Shown here one piece after another: positions 47,128 through 50,168 of a stretch of DNA of 50,168 bases. The notes beneath the pieces are model-generated. The model was not told where the DNA came from and did not search any database. It saw only the letters and a program-made list of their open reading frames with translations. Within the stretch, counting starts at the first letter, position 1; each line of letters begins with the position of its first letter. Both the position numbers and the translations under genes were made by a program. The stretch lies in the sequence record NC_049832.1, one strand, 5' to 3'. The DNA comes from Escherichia phage vB_EcoS-DELF2.

Positions 47128-47156
47128 GAAATGAATAAGGGGGCGCAAGCCCCCTT
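47128..47156 (-). terminator. hairpin GGGGGC-GCAA-GCCCCC after major tail gene
   Basis: Read directly. Confidence 0.6.
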
Positions 47157-47167
47157 GTGGATATGAT

Positions 47168-47836
47168 TTAGGCACCAGGTGATGCCAGAGCGGATGAAAC
47201 GAAAGTGAAATCACCCTTCAGGGATACGGCGAGTTGTACCGTTTCCATTTCGTTTACTTGCGTAGATGGAATGTCGTTAAAAGACAAGATACCAGCCCAC
47301 ATGCGCATCTCGTTCGCTTTTGGAACATACATCCGAACCGCAGTTACCTGACCAGAAGAATCCAGCTTACGCAGAATAGGGTAGATCGGGTTATCAAATT
47401 CGTGCGCGAATGTGTAAGTTAGCGAGATCGCAGATTTAAACGTTGGGATCTGCTGTTCTTTATCGTCGGACAAGCACTGATAAGTGTAATACTGCTGCTC
47501 GCCGCCGTCCTGACCAATCTCCTGTACGCAAGGAATCTCAGTCCAGCCAGTAATTTTTGCAAAGCTCATCGTACCGCCAGCCGGGAAAACAAGAGTATCA
47601 GAGGTGTCAATCCCAGCGAGAGTGATGCTTGTTTCCTGAGCGTCAGTAACAATTAGCACTCGACTGACCATATTGGCCCAGGTTGACTGAGTTACAATAA
47701 CGTAATCGCCTTTTACTAAGTCACCCTTAGATGCAACTGTAGCAACAGGATTTTCTGCGTTAGTAATAGCGGTTGCCTCAATCTCTTCTCCGCGAGAGGT
47801 TTCCACGAAAATTTGCGCGCCATTTGGTAAGTGCAT
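47168..47836 (-). CDS. major tail protein
   Basis: Upstream of chaperone and tape measure; AAGGAG RBS before ATG 47836; terminator after gene. Confidence 0.7.
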   Translation of the reverse strand: MHLPNGAQIFVETSRGEEIEATAITNAENPVATVASKGDLVKGDYVIVTQSTWANMVSRVLIVTDAQETSITLAGIDTSDTLVFPAGGTMSFAKITGWTEIPCVQEIGQDGGEQQYYTYQCLSDDKEQQIPTFKSAISLTYTFAHEFDNPIYPILRKLDSSGQVTAVRMYVPKANEMRMWAGILSFNDIPSTQVNEMETVQLAVSLKGDFTFVSSALASPGA

Positions 47837-47838
47837 AA

Positions 47839-48237
47839 TTAAGTCTCCTTTGTGTCTACTCGTACTGTAAAGCGAACCGGAATCATCCACCCGCTTTCAT
47901 GTTTAACAATTTGATGCACGATTGCACCCTCGAAAATATAACCAACGTTAAGCATTTTACCATCTTTGAAAAAATCAGCAATCTCTTTTGCTTTCAATCT
48001 TGCTTCGTCAACGCCGGATCCTGGAGGGAACACTACTCCGATCTGAACGATTGCGATGTAAGATTTACACTTCCTGTCAATGGATAGATAAAGCGTATCC
48101 CCTTCAATGTAGTTGAACCTCAGCCACATCCCGCCATCCTTCGGCGGTATGAAATTTCTGTTTTCCATGTAGTGAGGAAAGTCTCTGTACTTTGATAGAA
48201 AAGCGGCTCGCGCCGCCGCTGATAACTCATAGTGCAT
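47839..48237 (-). CDS. tail terminator-like protein (putative)
   Basis: Position immediately upstream of major tail gene. Confidence 0.4.
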   Translation of the reverse strand: MHYELSAAARAAFLSKYRDFPHYMENRNFIPPKDGGMWLRFNYIEGDTLYLSIDRKCKSYIAIVQIGVVFPPGSGVDEARLKAKEIADFFKDGKMLNVGYIFEGAIVHQIVKHESGWMIPVRFTVRVDTKET

Positions 48238-48766
48238 TTTGCTGTCTCCTTGCCTGCTTGATTGCGTCAGCCATATATGATCTCAGCCTTAATGCCACAA
48301 GGCCGACAACGCCGCTCGGTGCTTGCTGTGAATGACCGTACTCAAGAGCGTTTGCATAAATCAACATGTTTGAAAAGTGAACGGATGTTATCGCGCCGCC
48401 ACGGCTGAACATGCCATAAGTTTTTGCCTGTTCCTCACCCCTGACGACACCGCCAGTTTTATCGTATCGGTTTAATGCGTGGTTAGGGATTTCGTTAAAA
48501 GTTATCTGCCAGTTACCCTTGAATCGACCTGTATCAACAGGGGATCGGCTAACAAGAGCGTCGTGAACATCCCTTACGAATATTTCAATGGCATGTTCTA
48601 ACGTGCTTTCAGCGGCCTTAATCCACGCATCAATCTCGCCTTGAAATCTACGAATCTGATAATTAGCCACCGACTGATACCCTCCGTAATACTGGACGAT
48701 AGGCGACTGGTTCCAGTGACGCCTGAACCGGGCGAGCATCAACGACAACATGACGAATGCCATCAA
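48227..48766 (-). CDS. tail completion/neck protein (HK97 gp10-like); true start probably GTG near 48670
   Basis: VDTGRFKGNW motif; GGAGGG RBS before internal GTG. Confidence 0.5.
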   Translation of the reverse strand: MMAFVMLSLMLARFRRHWNQSPIVQYYGGYQSVANYQIRRFQGEIDAWIKAAESTLEHAIEIFVRDVHDALVSRSPVDTGRFKGNWQITFNEIPNHALNRYDKTGGVVRGEEQAKTYGMFSRGGAITSVHFSNMLIYANALEYGHSQQAPSGVVGLVALRLRSYMADAIKQARRQQNAL

Positions 48767-49043
48767 TCTCTATATAGTCACCTTCTTTTATTTCATGATC
48801 ATTATTGAAGATCCCCAAAAGGTCTGAGGCGCGGATAGTTTCCCCGTCAATCTCACGCGCGTTCGGTCTTCTCGTCGCGCCGGATATTGGAATAACCTGT
48901 TCCATTGGTGGGATCTCGAATCCGTTTTCATCATATCCGTATTCAACTTGTTTTATCAGGCTCATAGGTCTTGAAGGATCGGTGAAGAAAGCCACGCCTT
49001 TGCGAGCCATTCTTTCAATCTGTGAGTAGTTCATTAGTGGCAT
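48663..49043 (-). CDS. head closure / head-tail joining protein (putative)
   Basis: Position in neck module. Confidence 0.4.
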   Translation of the reverse strand: MPLMNYSQIERMARKGVAFFTDPSRPMSLIKQVEYGYDENGFEIPPMEQVIPISGATRRPNAREIDGETIRASDLLGIFNNDHEIKEGDYIEIDGIRHVVVDARPVQASLEPVAYRPVLRRVSVGG

Positions 49044-49444
49044 CCTCCACGGAGTCCTGTCATTAATGCGAATCTACCACGGCGTCGCGCTTTAAGCTGT
49101 TCGAACATCTTACCCCACGGCGTCGAAAGCATCATGTTTCCTGACTGGTTCTTCGTAACCTCTCCGAAAGTCTGGCTAAATTCACCACTCAGGGAGAATG
49201 ACGTAACGCGTCGTGAGTACGATTCAAGATCCTCATCTTCACCTTTTAGCGCCCCATCAAGGAAAGCAAGGTGCAATGCATAAAGAGCAAGCGCCTTGAC
49301 GTATGCATCTTTAAATGTCTTCTGGCATACAAATAGCTCAGCCATTTCTACCCATGCATAAAGCGTTTCGTCTGGAACATTGCGAAGTGCCGGAACCAGC
49401 TTTCTCATTTGCTCGACCACTTTGTTTAATGTTTCTTGATCCAT
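49034..49444 (-). CDS. head-tail connector/adaptor protein (putative)
   Basis: Position after capsid gene; GGTGG RBS before ATG 49444. Confidence 0.4.
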   Translation of the reverse strand: MDQETLNKVVEQMRKLVPALRNVPDETLYAWVEMAELFVCQKTFKDAYVKALALYALHLAFLDGALKGEDEDLESYSRRVTSFSLSGEFSQTFGEVTKNQSGNMMLSTPWGKMFEQLKARRRGRFALMTGLRGGCH

Positions 49445-49454
49445 AATTTCCACC

Positions 49455-49480
49455 TATAAAAAAGGCGCATTAAGCGCCTT
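49455..49480 (-). terminator. hairpin AAGGCGC-ATTAA-GCGCCTT plus T-run
   Basis: Read directly. Confidence 0.55.
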
Positions 49481-49485
49481 GTTGA

Positions 49486-49776
49486 TTAATAGTATTCGCC
49501 GCCGTCTTCAAGCTCTTTTACGCTCATCTTATCCCACGGATCAGGTTTTTTAAGTTTAGCCATCTCTGCGCGGATTTCCCGGTTGGTGGCACTGTCGTCT
49601 TTTACTTCGATTTCTTCGCGAGCAATCAAGCAACGCAGCCCGGGCAATTCAAGTGCGGATGCTGGGAGTGTCACCTCTTCATCCGGGAGAACCTTTGCGA
49701 ATGAGCCATCTTCAAGACGGAACATCTGAAGCGCTACACCAACGTTTACGATAACAACAGTTTTTTCTTTAGCCAT
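49486..49776 (-). CDS. hypothetical head-associated protein
   Basis: 96 aa ORF between capsid gene and connector. Confidence 0.4.
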   Translation of the reverse strand: MAKEKTVVIVNVGVALQMFRLEDGSFAKVLPDEEVTLPASALELPGLRCLIAREEIEVKDDSATNREIRAEMAKLKKPDPWDKMSVKELEDGGEYY

Positions 49777-49789
49777 TTTGATTTCTCCA

Positions 49790-49818
49790 ATAAAAAAGGG
49801 ACCAACTAAGTTAGTCCC
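49790..49818 (-). terminator. strong terminator GGGACTAACT-T-AGTTGGTCCC plus TTTTTTATTGG after capsid gene
   Basis: 10-bp stem with one mismatch. Confidence 0.7.
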
Positions 49819-49825
49819 TATAATA

Positions 49826-50168
49826 TTACACGCCAGTGATTAAGACAATAGTCATCGGACGATAAATTGTAAGGCCAGTACACTTGGAGGTGCAAGGCAC
49901 TTTAAAGTGAAGGTCTTTCGGCTGCGCTGGCAGCATGTTAAATGCTTCCGGGATCTCGATGGACATATTCATCGGATTTTTTTCGTACACCAGTACGCCT
50001 TTAGTACCCGCACCGTCGATATCTTCAAGCTCTGCGATAGAGTCGATTTCGATACCAGCATTCTGAGACTTGAAATAGTCCAGGTAAGACATGGTAGTTT
50101 CAGGCATACGGATCGCCAGAACCATAAGCATGGACGGCGGGATCAGAATGTTTGTTGCACGATGCTGA
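49826..50168 (-). CDS. major capsid protein 3' portion in end copy (continues at window start; 38-aa longer C-terminus than left copy)
   Basis: Identical to residues of 3..848 except RK to LM; reads through where left copy has TGA. Confidence 0.5.
   Translation of the reverse strand, partial: QHRATNILIPPSMLMVLAIRMPETTMSYLDYFKSQNAGIEIDSIAELEDIDGAGTKGVLVYEKNPMNMSIEIPEAFNMLPAQPKDLHFKVPCTSKCTGLTIYRPMTIVLITGV
49938..50168. repeat. right copy of terminal direct repeat
   Basis: Matches about 1..231 with 3 substitutions plus divergent first 4 nt. Confidence 0.85.

Noticed and set aside
1-50168. Integrase, repressor, attachment site or tRNA genes indicating a temperate phage or island
   Set aside because: No tyrosine or serine recombinase motifs, no CI-like repressor/operator arrangement and no tRNA-like sequences noticed; gene content fits a virulent T1-like phage.

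Overview
This window looks like an essentially complete, end-overlapped genome (unit length about 49.9 kb) of a virulent T1-like siphovirus (Drexlerviridae-type) of Enterobacteriaceae. The first ~230 bp recur at the end with a few substitutions, so the window is one genome plus an assembly or terminal-redundancy overlap. No integrase, repressor, tRNA or CRISPR array was seen. Layout (minus strand unless stated): head module wrapping the junction (terminase small and large subunits, portal, head morphogenesis, scaffold/protease, two paralogous decoration-like proteins, major capsid); lambda-like tail module (major tail, G/GT chaperone with -1 frameshift, tape measure, M/L/K/I/J homologues); a plus-strand lipoprotein plus putative receptor-binding protein locus; a recombination/replication block (exonuclease, Erf, SSB, primase, helicase, VRR-NUC nuclease, Dam methylase) with a lateral tail fiber inserted; a lysis cassette (holin, SAR endolysin, unimolecular spanin); and two divergent early blocks of small ORFs (7.7-16.5 kb minus, 17.2-22.8 kb plus). 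The most striking unexplained signal is a 19-bp imperfect palindrome (ATAGCAC-N5-TTGCTAAAA) present in more than 20 copies, usually exactly 19 nt upstream of an extended -10 element. Other notable signals are a C5-methyltransferase-like gene broken by an in-frame TAA, iteron-like repeats in two AT-rich divergent intergenic regions, and an unusual density of hairpin plus U-tract elements inside the structural operon. All functional calls are from motifs read by eye; no database search was run. Coordinates of small sequence features are anchored to ORF-track boundaries and may be off by 1-2 nt.
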